A stretch of DNA of 64,000 nt from Octopus sinensis (taxonomy: Eukaryota). Every line of letters begins with the position of its first letter. The first letter of the stretch is position 1. This document shows, piece after piece, positions 36,741-49,856 of the stretch. A model generated the notes under the pieces. That model made no database searches and had not been told where the DNA came from. It saw nothing but the letters and a program-made list of their open reading frames with translations. The stretch covers positions 41,912,001-41,976,000 of the forward strand of contig NC_042997.1 in the NCBI RefSeq assembly GCF_006345805.1, in the 5' to 3' direction. A program made the position numbers and the translations under genes.

Positions 36741-37531
36741 TTGATTGGTTATATTTTATCAATTCCAAAAGAATGAAAGGCTAAGGTGAACCAAGTAATA
36801 TTTGAAACCAGAATGGAAAGATTTGGAAGAAATACCAATCGATAATGTCAAGGCTTTGCATTTTATCTTAGACATCCATATTTTAATTCACTCTTGGATG
36901 GCAAAATTGATAGACATTATGTTTATGTTTATGTTTTCCAGTTTCAGCTCTTGAGCTGTGGCCATGCTGGGGCACCGCCATTTGGTATCTTATTAGGTGG
37001 GTGGCCTTATATTCTGAATTCAAATCATACCCTTATCATCATCATTGTTTTAACATTCACTTTTCCATGTTTGCATGGATCAGATGGAGTTTATTGGGGC
37101 AGATACCATTCCTGTCACTTGTTTCTAGGCAAAGTAATATTTTCTTATGGCCAAACATATTTTCACAGAAGATAGGAAACAAGAGACACTACTTATCTAT
37201 AATATAAATTGGACATGGGGGCGATCGTTGTATTCTTTCTTGTCTTGAGGTTCACAGCCAAACGACTGGGTGCATTCACATGAAAAATGGCACACATGTG
37301 GAGACGGGTGCATAGAGTGGACTGCAGTTTGTATTTTTTCCTAACCCCCATACTTACCGAGAAAATCGATTAAAACTTTTTCTAATAGAATTTCCCTCTT
37401 TCTTCTGCCATTAAAACAACCAGTTGCTTAGAAGCTGGTTTCTGATGGGGTAGGGGTCAGGAAATTTTCACATAGCTGGAGGCTCCAATCGAAACAGGGG
37501 AACCGAAATGATAAGGCTGACAAACACTGTT

Positions 37532-37945
37532 TACTCTTTACTCTTTTACTTGTTTCAGTCATTTGACTGTGGCCATGCTGGAGCACCGCCTTTTAGTTGA
37601 ACAAAATCAACCCAGGACTTATTTTTTGTAAGCCCAGTACTTATTCTATCGGTCTCTTTTGCCGAACCGTTAAGTTACAGGGACGTAAACACACCAGCGT
37701 TGGTTGTCAAGCAATGCTAGAGGGACAAACACACACACACAAACATATACATACACATACATACATATATATACATATATACGACAAGCTTCTTTCAGTT
37801 TCCGTCTACCAAATCCACTCACAAGGCTTTGGTCGGCCCAAGGCTATAGTAGAAGACACTTGCCCAAGATGCCATGCAGTGGGACTGAACCCAGAACCAT
37901 GTGGTTGGTAGGCAAGCTACTTACCACACAGCCACTCCTGCGCCT
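37532..37945 (-). mobile_element. SINE family A
   Basis: Collinear with other full-length copies. Confidence 0.9.
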
Positions 37946-38388
37946 ATGACTGTTATATATTATGCCTAACCAAAAACGATCACAGCCACATCATCCAAAC
38001 AGACCGAGTGAAAACAGGCTTAGCTGCTAGTAGCCTATAAATATAAATGAATGTTACCATCAGTACAATCTGTAAAGAAGGGAAACAGTCTAGTGTACTA
38101 GTGACCAACAGCTACAGTGCAGTGTAAATTGTAAAGGAGTCAAATGAAATAACACTTCACTCAGTTCTTTCTTTACAGAATCATAGTTTTTGAAACCTAT
38201 AGATATAAATGAATGTCACTATTAGTACACTCTGTAAAGTGGGCGACATTAGGAAGGACATCCAGCTGTAGAAACCATACCAAAACAGACGATAGGACAT
38301 AGCACAGCCCTCTAGCTTGTCTGCTCTTGTCAAAACACCCGACCCATACCAACATGGAAAATGGATTTTAACTGACAGTGATGGTTGG

Positions 38389-38471
<83 letters not shown>

Positions 38472-38812
38472 ATATATATTGCAGTTTATTTTTGTCATGT
38501 CTACTCAGGCTGGAGATTAAAATGCTTCTCACTACCATTGCTGGTATTGTTTTGCATTTTATTGTCTTATTTGAATTATGGACAAAGTGAGAATGCGATG
38601 TGTCATATTTGTGGACAACAGAACATTGCTTGTATTAAAGCTTAGTGTCTTTTTTTTTATTTGTATATTTGTTTACTTATTTTTGCTGGTTCTCATTCCA
38701 TTCTCACAAGATTTAAAAACCTCACCACTTTAACCTTCCCAATGATCTGTTGAAACATGAAGTTTAAATAGATTGTACAAGTAATGTTTTGTTTGTCACT
38801 TATAAGAACTGA

Positions 38813-38939
<127 letters not shown>

Positions 38940-38955
38940 ACAATAAACACACTGG

Positions 38956-39325
38956 GGGTTCTTTTCGGTTTGAACGGCAGTTTTTAACATAATTTCTAGG
39001 TAACTAAAAAATTTTAAACTTCGTATACTGGTAGAATGTGTTTATAAAACATCTTTTTCTCTTGGCTTTATTGAGAAAATTCTATAGTTTGTAACATATT
39101 TGTTGTTTTTTTTTTTCAATTTCTGCAATTTCAACCAATCAATGACGTCTATTGTGGTGAAAACATTCGGTGCCGTATGAATATGTCCCTCGTTTAAGAA
39201 ACAGATTGGGTTTATTTACATTTCTGAAGTAAAAAAGATACCCTTCACCCGACCCCTAACCCTAATGGGTGACAATTTCATATAACACTGCTAGAAAAAA
39301 CTGCCGTTCAAACTAAAAAGATCCC
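38956..39325. mobile_element. Non-autonomous DNA transposon, ~30-bp TIRs, 7-bp TSD
   Basis: TIR GGGTTCTTTTCGGTTTGAACGGCAGTTTTT / AAAAAACTGCCGTTCAAACTAAAAAGATCCC; TSD ACACTGG at 38949-38955 and 39326-39332. Confidence 0.8.
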
Positions 39326-39982
39326 ACACTGGTTTATACCCCAGGACTGCTTTCTGCAATGAGCTGAAAAACTTTTTAATAGCTAAGATTATCCATGTAA
39401 TTAGAAGACAAAATCTCCCTGTCTAAAATCTAAGAATAACAAGTAAGGGTGATAATTTGAATATTATTGATTGAAATTTTTGAGGAATATTAACATCAAG
39501 TGCAGGTGTGGATGCATGATTGAGCATCTTGCTTCTCATCCATGTGGTCTTGTGTTCCATCCCACTGCATAGCGTCTTGGGTATGTCATCTACTGTGTCT
39601 CCAGGCCAACCATAACCTTGTAAATGGAAAATATGTGTGTGTGTGTGTGTGTGTGTGTGTATGAGCATACCCGCCTCTTGACATTATGTGATGGTTATAA
39701 ATGAGTATCACTGTTTCACAAGTGTTCATTTCCAGCCTTCCATGGAAAATGTGTGGCCATGGGGTAATATTTTGCTTGGAAACATGTGAAGGTTGGTGAC
39801 AAGAAGGGTATTCAGTCACAGGAAATCTGCCTTAATAAATTCCATCAGACACATGCAAAATAGGGAATGTGGATGTTAAATTATGATGAGAATGATAAAC
39901 AATGCAGCTGGGAATTAATTCCAAAAAATAAAAATAAAAATATTTATTCCAGGTCCAGGGATGGTGAGTTGAATGTTATTAC

Positions 39983-40368
39983 GGAAGCACTCCGTCGGTT
40001 ACGACGACGAGGGTTCTGGTTGATCCAAATCAACGGGAACAGCATGCTCATGAAATTAACGGGTAAGTGGCTGAGCACTCCACAGACACGTGTACCCTTA
40101 ACGTAGTTCTTGGGGATATTCAGCGTGACACAGAGAGTGACAAGGCCGGCCCTTTGAAGTACAGGTACAACAGAAACAGGAAGTAAGAGTGAGAGAAAGT
40201 TGTGGTGAAAGAGTACAGCAGGGATCACCACCAAACCCTACTGGAGCCTCGTGGAGCTTTTAGGTATTTTCGCTCAATAAACACTCACAACGCCCGGTCT
40301 GGGAATCGAAACCGCGATCCTATGACCGCGAGTCCGCTGCCCTAACCACTGGGCCATTGCGCCTCCAC
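39983..40368 (-). mobile_element. SINE family C, tail type 2, with 13-bp TSD
   Basis: tRNA-Arg-like head gtggaggcgcaatggcccagtggttagggcagcggactcgcggtc; TSD tgaatgttattac at 39970-39982 and 40369-40381. Confidence 0.92.
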
Positions 40369-40381
40369 TGAATGTTATTAC

Positions 40382-40680
40382 ACCATCATTATCATTTGAC
40401 ATCAGTTTCCATGCTGGCATGGGTTAGGCAACTTGATAGGAACTGGCAAGGCCAGGGGCCACACCAGTCTGTTTTGGCATGGTTTCTACTGCCCTTCCTA
40501 ATGCCAACCACTTTACAGACTGTAGTGGGTGCTTTTTACATGACACCATCACCAGTGCTTTTTACGTGGCACCCCCTCACCCACACCAATGCTTTTTATG
40601 TGTCACCTTCGTTTTGGGATCTCAATTCTGTTATGGTGGGCAGGTCTTCTTGAGTACAGCAATGTGCCACATGACTATAA
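40382..40680 (-). mobile_element. Older RTE 3'-UTR fragment, opposite in orientation to the next element
   Basis: gcccttcctaatgccaaccac; repeated gtgctttttac units. Confidence 0.65.
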
Positions 40681-40692
40681 ACTTTTACATCA

Positions 40693-41325
40693 CATGACCT
40701 CAGAGCGTTGGGCCTCACTGAGGCAATGGCGAAGGACCGAGATCTCTGGAGATATGCTGTGACTGCAAAGATCCGGGCTGCTTCCTGCACCAGTTCCGCA
40801 TAGCCCCTGCCCATTCAAAGTACCCTGGATCCCAGAACGTCCCGCTGTGCTTGAGGAGACCTGTTGAGATAAGTACATGTACATGAACATCGAAATAAAT
40901 ATCAATGGAAATAGTAGTTGCGATACCTGTGCCGGTGGCACATAAAAAGCACCATCCGAACGTAGCCGTTGCCAGCGCCGCCTCGACTGGCTTCTGTGCC
41001 GGTAGCACATAAAAAGCACCATCCGAACGTGGCCGTTGCCAGCGACGCCTTGGACGGCTTCTGTGCCGGTGGCACGTTAAAAGCTCCAACCGATCGTGGC
41101 CGATGCCGGACCCCCCTGGCACCTGTGCAGGTGTCACGTAAAAAGCACCCACTACACTTGTGGAGTGGTTGGCATTAGGAAGGGCATCCAGCTGTAGAAA
41201 CTCTGCCAGATCAGACTGGAGTCTGGTGCTGCCCCTGGCTTCCCAGATCCCGGTCAAACCATCCAACCCGTGCTAGCACGGAAAACGGACGTTTAAACGA
41301 TGATGATGATGATGATGATGATGAT
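40693..41325 (+). mobile_element. 5'-truncated RTE LINE: ORF2 end plus 3' UTR with 67-bp tandem repeats
   Basis: HDLRALGLTEAMAKDRDLWRYAVTAKIRAASCTSSA* from 40693; repeat units at 40929, 40996, 41063 and 41125; (GAT)n tail. Confidence 0.85.
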
Positions 41326-42662
41326 GAGAGAAGTGTTTGTCTTAAAAGTATTGTAGCGGCACAAGCAGTCAGCGCCATATTGGACGAGATCTCGCAGCAG
41401 CCATTGCCATCTTCAAGACTGGAGTGAGACCTCACCTGCATCCATTTGCCATGTGCGAGATCACAATGAGGCTCGTGGTGGAAAACTGTATATATTGGGA
41501 AAACCCGGTTCAGAGTGGTCTCTTTTGGTGCCGCTACACAGCAGCGCTGGCTGAACACCACCACTGGCTGGTCCTGTCTGTAGGTTGTATCTCCAGAGGC
41601 AATGCACCCGCACTAACAGAGCGACTACACAATGCACACAGCTAAAGGTGGTTGCTGAGAGCAGCACACTTCACCTATCCTGTGAAACCTGTAAATAAAC
41701 CAGTTGCAAATAGCCTTTGTACTTGAGGTCTTCTCTCTTCGCCTGCCGGAGACTGAACTACACGAAGAACAAAAAGATGATGGAAGGAGACGATATTCTC
41801 CCGATATTGTAAACCTTGCCTTCCGTTATAGTATTCACATATTTTGATGTATTTGAGAATATTTTTGCTTATATATTATACACATGCTTATTATATTGCC
41901 ATGCTATTTTATCTACTTCAATCATTTGAATAATTGGTAATGTGGGACTCAAATGATTTCAGATGTTGTAGCTTGTCATAAAGTACATGTTCTCTATGTT
42001 TAGAGTACACTCTTTGTGAACCCAAGTACTCAGTAAACCATTATAAAAGAAATATAGAATGAAAAAGGACATCTGAACAAGATACGAGAGAACAATACAG
42101 ACCAAAATGTAATCTAGACAGAGACAAAAGTTGTGACAAAGTAGAATGGATATTTTAAAGGGTGTTGGAAGAGAATCAGGAAGAGATTCTAAAATTAAAA
42201 TTAAAAGGAACAAAAAAAAAAAAATATTGTGTTCGTCTGGAACGATGAGAGACAGAAAATGTTCATCCTATTGCCATGCTGTTAGGAACTGTTGACCTAT
42301 ATGAAGTTGATTCACTGACTATCTAGCCTAAATTCTGAAACTGAGATAATTGACTACCATCACATACAAAGGTTTTGCTGGCTGGCTGGCTGGGCTCGCT
42401 TTGGGTTTGGGATCTTGGTTATTCTTGTCACTGTTGTAGTAGTAATGTAATGTTGGTAGTTGCACTTATAGTAGTGGTGGTACTTGTTTTGGTGGTTGTT
42501 ATAGTAGTTAGGGCAGTGGCTGTGAATTGTAGTAGTAAAGATATCTATATAATGATTAGAATGGCAGACAAGTTCTGTATAAAAAAAATATGTCAATAAC
42601 CTTATCTATCACTTTCCCAGCTAACATCAACAAAAAATAATAGTTGGCAAAGATTATATATA

Positions 42663-42698
<36 letters not shown>

Positions 42699-42924
42699 TC
42701 CCAACTAACATCAGTAAAAAATAATATATATATATATATGTATATATATATATCAACTTTAGCATATCTGCCAGTATATCTTCAAAGCAAATTAGAACTA
42801 TATTGGTACTGATGCTATCTGCATATGAACTTTAAAAAATATAAAAGTTCCTCCTTAGAACACTGCTGCTGATTCTGTAAGTTTGATATGATATGTAACC
42901 TTTTAAATCATGGAAAGATACAAG

Positions 42925-43070
42925 CATCTATCTATCTATCTATCTATCTATCTACCTACATATCTATTTACCTACCTATCTATCTGCCTATCTATCCATC
43001 CATCTATCTACCTATCTATCTACCTATCTATCCATCTGTCTATTTATCTGTCTATCTATCTATCTATCAA
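42925..43070. repeat. (CTAT/CTAC)n tetranucleotide microsatellite
   Basis: Directly visible. Confidence 0.9.
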
Positions 43071-43314
43071 CGTAAAATAGTTTTTAGCAGTCTAATAATA
43101 TATTTGCCAGCATTGTGCAAATTGAGACAAGATGCTTTGAAGATTCTGGGTGGTCCAGGTGCTAGAAAAGTATTCTTTAACTCTTTTCCCTCTTGAAGAA
43201 GAGGTACTTGTCCAAGTAACAATTTGGAACACCTACCAAGTACGCATGTGCAGACAACACACTAACAAATCCAAGATATAATTAAATTAATTTTACCTAT
43301 AATATTGATATTAT

Positions 43315-43535
43315 GTAAGGTGGTGAGCTGGCAGAAACATTAGTATGCCGGGTGAAATGCTTAGCAGTATTTCATCTGTCTTTATGTTCTGAGTTCAAAT
43401 TCCACTGAGGTTGACTTTACCTTTCATCCTTTTGGAGTCAATAAATTAAGTACCAGTTGTGTTCTGGAGTCGATTTAATTGACTGGCTCTCTCCCCGCAA
43501 ATTTCAGGCCTTGTGCCTAGAGTAGAAAAGAATAT
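43315..43535 (+). mobile_element. SINE family B
   Basis: taaggtggtgagctggcagaaacattag head; full core; ttgtgcctagagtagaaaagaat tail. Confidence 0.88.
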
Positions 43536-44164
43536 TGATATTATGAAAACATCATTATTGTCCTCTTTTAACAACCATTTTTCAGGTTTGCATGGAAATT
43601 GCAGAGGCAGATTTTTCTTTGCTAGATGTCCTTCCTGTCAGCAACTTTCACCTATTTCCAAGCAAGGTAATATTTTTTTCCATAGCTAGATATGTTTTGT
43701 CCCCGATATGTTTTGTATAACAATGGTGCCCTTGTGATGTGCAGTCAAGGGTACAAATAAAAACACGTGCACGCACACACACACACACACACACACATGA
43801 TGGGCTTCCTCAGTTTCCATTTACAAGGTTTTGGTTGGCCTGTGGCTATAGAAGATAACACATGCCCAAAGTACCATGCAGTGGGACTGAACCCAAGACC
43901 ACATGATTGGAGAGCAAGCTCCTTAACCACACAGCTGTGCCTGGAATGTACAAGAGAATTAGGTACTTTTTGGTTATCTCACCCCCCCACCCATTAAAAA
44001 ATTGCCATTAAAAACTGGGTTACCTCCCCACTAAAAAACATCAAGTTAATATGGTGACAAGAGATTGGATTAAAAGGGTTTAGATCCTTTTGATTCACTA
44101 CTTCAACACATTGTTGATGTGTAGCATCCTCAGTAGGCATGGGATGATTTGTTATTGAAAAGTT

Positions 44165-44563
44165 GAGTGGCTGTGTGGTAAGTAGCTTGCTAACCAACCA
44201 CATGGTTCTGGGTTCTGTCCCACTGCGTGGCATCTTGGGCAATTGTCTTCTGCTATAGCCCCGGGCCGACCAAAGCCTTGTGAGTGGATTTGGTAGACGG
44301 AAACTGAAAGAAGCCTGTCGTATATATGTATATATATGTATATATATATGTGTGTGTATATGTTTGTGTGTCTGTGTTTGTCCCTCTAGCATTGCTTGAA
44401 AACCGATGCTGGTGTGTTTACGTCCCCGTCACTTAGCGGTTCGGCAAAAGAGACTGATAGAATAAGTACTGGGCTTACAAAAGAATAAGTCCCGGGGTCG
44501 ATTTGCTCGACTAAAGACGGTGCTCCAGCATGGCCGCAGTCAAACGACTGAAACAAGTAAGAG
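44165..44563 (+). mobile_element. SINE family A
   Basis: gagtggctgtgtggtaagtagc through ctgaaacaagtaagaga. Confidence 0.9.
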
Positions 44564-44859
44564 AAAAAATAAAAGAAAAATGGATTGTGATTACTTGTCT
44601 TGACATCATGTGACTGTTGTAAATGAATGTCATTTGTTTCCATGTTGGTCATGGGGGAATATTACCTTATTTGGCAACAGGAAATGCTCCAACCATAAAA
44701 AATCCAAACTATCAGATTCATTCACAGAAAAAGCGGATGTTAAAATAATGATGATTATAGGTGGTTAATTAGAATATTGGATAGAATGATGGAACAAATA
44801 CCATGCTTTGAAGAAAAAAGGTTAAATCAAGTAGTGTCTAATTTTGTTCAGTGGTTTAC

Positions 44860-45142
44860 ATCAGTCATGTGCCGGTGGCACATAAAAAGCACCATCTGAA
44901 CGTGGTCGTTACCAGTGCCGCCTTAGCTGGCTTCCGTGCCGGTGGCACGTTAAAATCTCCAACCGATCGTGGCCGATGCCGGACCCCCCTGGCACGTAAA
45001 AAGCACCAACTACACTCGCGGAGTGGTTGGCATTAGGAAGGGCATCCTGGTGCAGCCCCTGGCTTCCCAGACCCCGGTCGAACCGTCCAACCCATGCTAA
45101 CACGGAAAACAGACGTGAAACGATGATGATGATGATGATGAT
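44860..45142 (+). mobile_element. RTE 3'-UTR fragment with internal deletions
   Basis: Tandem units as at 40929; (GAT)n tail. Confidence 0.85.
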
Positions 45143-45654
45143 GTGTTTCTATTCATTGATAACACAATGTCCTCCTCCTCCTCCTCTTCTAATGTTGATA
45201 AAGATTTCATTGAAAGTACAAACCTATAACCAGTTCAAATATGCCTGAGGCATATTCACTGTGTTTTGTGTTGGGAGAAAATTTCTCAGTAGAGAAATGT
45301 GTGTAAATACAGTGAATCAACTCATAGCTAATGACCTCAGGAAAGATCACTGATCTGTCCCGGTGCATCATGGGATGATGTATGGAAAAGTGCATAATAT
45401 AATGAAGCAGGTTTAAATAATATAATTCTTTGGTGTAAGTCACTCCATGTCATTGTGACGCCCCCTAAACATACATGTATGATATTTACAAAACCTGTAT
45501 CCTCAAAAGACTTACAACATAATGCACGTAAGTGAATAAGGGATCTTCTCATGGTTGCTTAACCTGTTAGAAAGAGCAGCTAAATCTGTCTGAAATTCCA
45601 TTCCATTCCATTATCTTCAAAGAAGAACACAGTGAATAATGTAATTTAGTATAG

Positions 45655-46030
45655 GTGTAGGTGTAGCTGTGTGGTAAAAAGTTTGCTCCCCAACCACATG
45701 GTTTCAGGTTCAGTCTCACTTGGGCAAGTGTCTTCTACTATAGCCCTGGGTTGACCAAAGTCTTGTGAGTCAATTTAGCAGATGGAAACTGAAAGAAGCC
45801 TGTCATACGTACATGTGTATGCGTGTGTATACTTATGTGTGTGTGTTTTTGAGTTTGTTTCCACCACCACCACCACCACTTGACAACTGGTGTTGGTTTG
45901 TTTACATCCCCATAACTTATCAGTTCAAGTAAAAGACACTGATAGAATAAATAACAGGGTTGCAAAAAATAAGTACAGGAGTTGATTTGTTTACCTAAAA
46001 CCCTTCATGGCTGCAGTCCAATGAGTGAAG
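45655..46030 (+). mobile_element. SINE family A, older copy
   Basis: ggtgtagctgtgtggtaaaaagtttgc...ttgggcaagtgtcttctactatagccc. Confidence 0.75.
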
Positions 46031-46960
46031 CAAGTGTAAGACGAAAGATGTTCACAGTGCCAGAAAAAAGATGGTGTGGTCACAGCACTTGTATGCATTT
46101 GACTTGATTAGGGCTGATGTGGAGTAAGCAATGATAACAGCAACAACAACATTGTACACACTCCAAACAAGTAGCTGTGAGTGATAGAGCATATCACACG
46201 TGTTGAAGCAGAACCCTCTAAATATAACAACCTTTTATATAAGACTTTGATATCAGGAAAAATAACAAGGGAAACAGATCCCTAACAATCAACAGTAACT
46301 GATAAAACTGATGAAAAGACTAACGATGACGATGACGACCACAATGCCACCCCTACCACAATACTTCAAGAATGACAACAATAACAACAGCAACAAACAT
46401 AGATTATTTATTACGCAAATAGCTATCTAATCAAAACAATAAAATAAACACGGTAGGTGTCTGAAGGAAATAGGTTTGCCGAACACAAATATTTGAAGAA
46501 CATATATATGTCTATGATTTCTAATATAGGGCAAAAGGTCACAGATTTTAGGGGTAGGGGTCGGGTGTAGTCATAAAGAAATATAAATATTATGGCAACG
46601 CGTTTCGTCTGGCACTCAACCAATTCTGATATTCCACCTTGTACAAAATAATTATTCTGCTGTTTTGTGCAGTCTCAGTGCTACCTTGATGAAGCAAACT
46701 AATAATCAGAAGTATTCCTCAAGTGACCACCCTTTCATTTTATGCATGTGTGTGGTGGTGGTGGTGGTGGTGGGGGTACCCAGGATTCTATTATTCAGTA
46801 TGTCTTTCCTTTTATAAAAATGATGGGGCGTGATTTCTGAGAGATTTGGCTACTATTTCTTGTAGGCCTAATTATCACAAACACATTCCTTCTTAGAAAA
46901 AGGAATATTATTTTCTTACAAGTCATGTGACATCAGCATTTAGGAGAAGCATTTAGTTGC

Positions 46961-47189
46961 TTAACCCTTTCGTTACTGTATTTATATTGAGATGCTCTGT
47001 GATTCTTTCAATTATTTTAAATATAACAAAGAATTTAATAAAACAACTTAGTTATCATTAAGCTAGTGTTAAGAACATAAATTGTGATGAAGATTTGGTG
47101 GAAGATTTTAATTCAAAACTTATGAAAACAAGACATTTGTACTACAGAGCCAGAGCTGGTTTCAGCTGGGTCGGTGATGAAAGGGTTAA
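46961..47189. mobile_element. piggyBac-like MITE family P1
   Basis: TTAA|CCCTTTCGTTAC...GATGAAAGGG|TTAA. Confidence 0.88.
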
Positions 47190-47489
47190 ATCTAATCATA
47201 TATTTGAGTGGTGATTATTTTATCTCTATAGGGAGGGAAGGTAAAGTTGAGTGCAGAGGATTTTGAACTCAGTATATAAAAGGAAACTAAATACCACAAA
47301 ATATATTTCTTTCTCCTGATGCCTTACCATTCTAATACTCACAGCCTCTGCTTTCTACCATGGCCACAAGATTTTGTGAAAGAATATATTTGACTCCAGT
47401 ATTTGACTGGCTCTTTATTTTGTAAGCCCCAGAATGAAAGAAGACAAAGTCAACCTCAATTGAACACAGAAAGTAAAGAAATGTAAAAT

Positions 47490-47650
47490 TAAGGTGATGA
47501 TAATGTTAATGACGATAATAATAATGGTAATTATTTTGATGACGATGATGTCAATAACAATGATGATGATGAAGAGGACAATGGTAATGTTGAGGATGAT
47601 GACAATGATAATGATGAGTATGTTGCCACAAATGAGGATGGTGATAAATT
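47490..47650. repeat. Degenerate (RAT)n trinucleotide low-complexity tract
   Basis: Directly visible; explains the I-rich and M-rich ORFs. Confidence 0.8.
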
Positions 47651-47948
47651 CTTCTTTTGCTTCAAGGTCAGAACATAAAATGTTGCCCCAAAAAAGTAGT
47701 ATTAGAGACAAAAATATAGCAGTTATAAAAAACACAACCATGCATAAATAATGGAAAGCTATTATAAATGCAAAATATCTATTAAAAGTATAAAAATTAA
47801 ATAGAATTCTAATAAAAGAACAAAATTACTATCTAAAATTTCAAACCCTAAGTAAACTCTGTGCTTCAATTTATAACAGAAATAGGAGGGACAAAGGAAT
47901 ACTTTAAAAGCAGCCTTAAATTACCTCAACCTTGTCATTCCACTAGCT

Positions 47949-48804
47949 TAGGGGTTCTCACCTGGAGTGTATATGGCCCTTGGGGGTCCATATAAGATTT
48001 TGTTGCTAAAATTTATCTGCAATAAATAGGTTATACTTCTGCAACACAAAAGTATTTTAGCAACATTTTACACAATTCCTAATAATATCTTCTTTATATA
48101 TAAAAGTGAAGTTGTGTGTCTGTCTCCTACGATTTAGATTCCTAACTACTCCCACATTTTGCGGTGCAGTTTAACCAAAACCGGGTATCTTATAGTTGTG
48201 ATTCATATCGAGCCCTTCTGGGTATTAGCACGCGTCTACGATGAGTCTATGATTTAAAAAAAAAAATTACCATAATTTTTTTTTCATTTTAATGCATTTT
48301 TTTCGCTATTATATAAGGGAAGTAACTCCCTAAAATGTCTACGATGAGTCAACGATTTAAAAAAAAATTTACCATCATTTTTTTTCCATTTTTAATGCAT
48401 TTTTATGTTATTTTTTGGCTATAACTCTCTAAAAATGCTTATATAGTTATTTCCCTTACAAACCCGAGCAACGCCGGGAGATTCTGCTAGTTTAATTATA
48501 AAAATGATTTTTTTAAATAGTAAAGCGAGTAGCCACATCAAAGTGACAGTTGAATGTTACTACTAGTTCAACCCCAGGCAGATTCTCTACCAGCTGGTTT
48601 TTGGTGCAAAGTTCTGCAGTGTTTATATACAATACATTGCTAGCAGGGGGAGCAAACCCCTATTACCCTCCAGCAGCTAACAGGATCGTGGGACTGGCCC
48701 AGTTTCGAGCTATTTTTTTAAAACATCAAATAACTAGAAGGGTCCATTCAAATAAAATAGGAATCAAAAAGTTCCATAGGTAAAAAAATGGTAGAGAAAC
48801 TCTG
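47949..48804. mobile_element. hAT-like MITE with nested insertions
   Basis: TIR TAGGGGTTCTC / GAGAAACTCTG; 8-bp TSD cactagct (47941-47948) / cacttgct (48805-48812); both halves resemble the 6972 MITE. Confidence 0.75.
48088..48490 (+). mobile_element. Non-autonomous Helitron nested in the hAT MITE
   Basis: A|TC 5' end; GC-rich hairpin cccgagcaacgccggg 48463-48478; CTAG|T 3' end; internal ~100-bp duplication (gtctacgatgagtc at ~48235 and ~48338). Confidence 0.88.
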
Positions 48805-49814
48805 CACTTGCTAGATATGGTGAATGGATTGCTGTGAACCTTTTGATTGAACTAAGAAAACTAGATTCCCTTTAGTTTTTCAAATTGCATGTGATATCTG
48901 TTGGCTATGATTCCTAACAGATATGATACCAGTTTGTAGTAATGGGGTGGGATTTGAACTCAGAATGTATAAGGCTAAAAGAGGTACCACAAGCCATCCA
49001 ATTCTACACTAGCAAATCTACCAATTCACTACCCTGAATGAGTATTTTTTTTTTTATTGTCCCACCCTGAATGAGAGGTAAAGTTGACATTAGGATCTGA
49101 ACTCAAAGTGCAGAGTTGTAACAACTACTGTGAGGTATTTCTATCCAGCACCCTAATGACTCTGCCAATTCACTACCTAGAAATAGTAACCAAATATATA
49201 CCTCATATAACACCTATAGTTTTAAAAGAGGAAAAACACATTGGATAATGTAGTAATTCTTGATATACTATATCAGAAGAAAAGAAAAAAAAAAGCTGAT
49301 TGGATGGTCATGACTGGATCACAGTTTAGTTTATCTGGACTAAAAAGCAATAACTACAACAATAAAGCAAAGAAACTGGCAGTGGTGATAGATAAACAGT
49401 TTTGAAGAATTTTTTACATATACACAAAGGACACATATGGGTTTACCTATGGAGCGATTCTTTGTGATGCATTTGGTGTAATAACGGTAAATCCATGGTT
49501 CCAAAGTATTCTCTTCCTTTACTTAGTGAAAATATCGCTGCAATTTTTATCGTTATAAAAACATGCATGTATATGTTTCCTTGTATGTGTGAGTGCTGCT
49601 TAGCATCAGGTTGTCCCTGGTGGAGCAAAACTATAATCAAATATATTCTAGCCATGACATTTCCATTTTGTCTTTCTTTTCTATTTTCAGATGTAGTGTA
49701 TCATAGTAGATTAAAATCTTCCTTATCTAATATGCCCTTTCATTTTTACGACAGTGGGGTAAGATTTGAAGAAGATTTGGCTGCCATTTCTAAAAGACTT
49801 AATGACCGCATTGG

Positions 49815-49856
<42 letters not shown>

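Noticed and set aside
40290-40368. tRNA-Arg-like sequence
   Set aside because: No 3' acceptor strand; continues into a SINE body bounded by a TSD, so it is a SINE head rather than a tRNA gene
40929-41150. Repeat-spacer look resembling CRISPR (also the 58.3-59.3 kb array)
   Set aside because: Eukaryotic context, spacers are homologous to each other or plain (AT)n, and there are no cas genes
40715-41266. Longest ORF in the track (183 aa, minus strand)
   Set aside because: Antisense reading of the RTE 3'-UTR tandem array; similar peptides recur at 11231 and 15750
46590-46625. GAAACGCGTT hammerhead 3' half on the minus strand
   Set aside because: The CUGAUGA half is not recognisable and there is no stem I partner; at most a heavily decayed relic
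47415-47751. Ile-rich and Met-rich ORFs on both strands
   Set aside because: Product of a degenerate trinucleotide repeat
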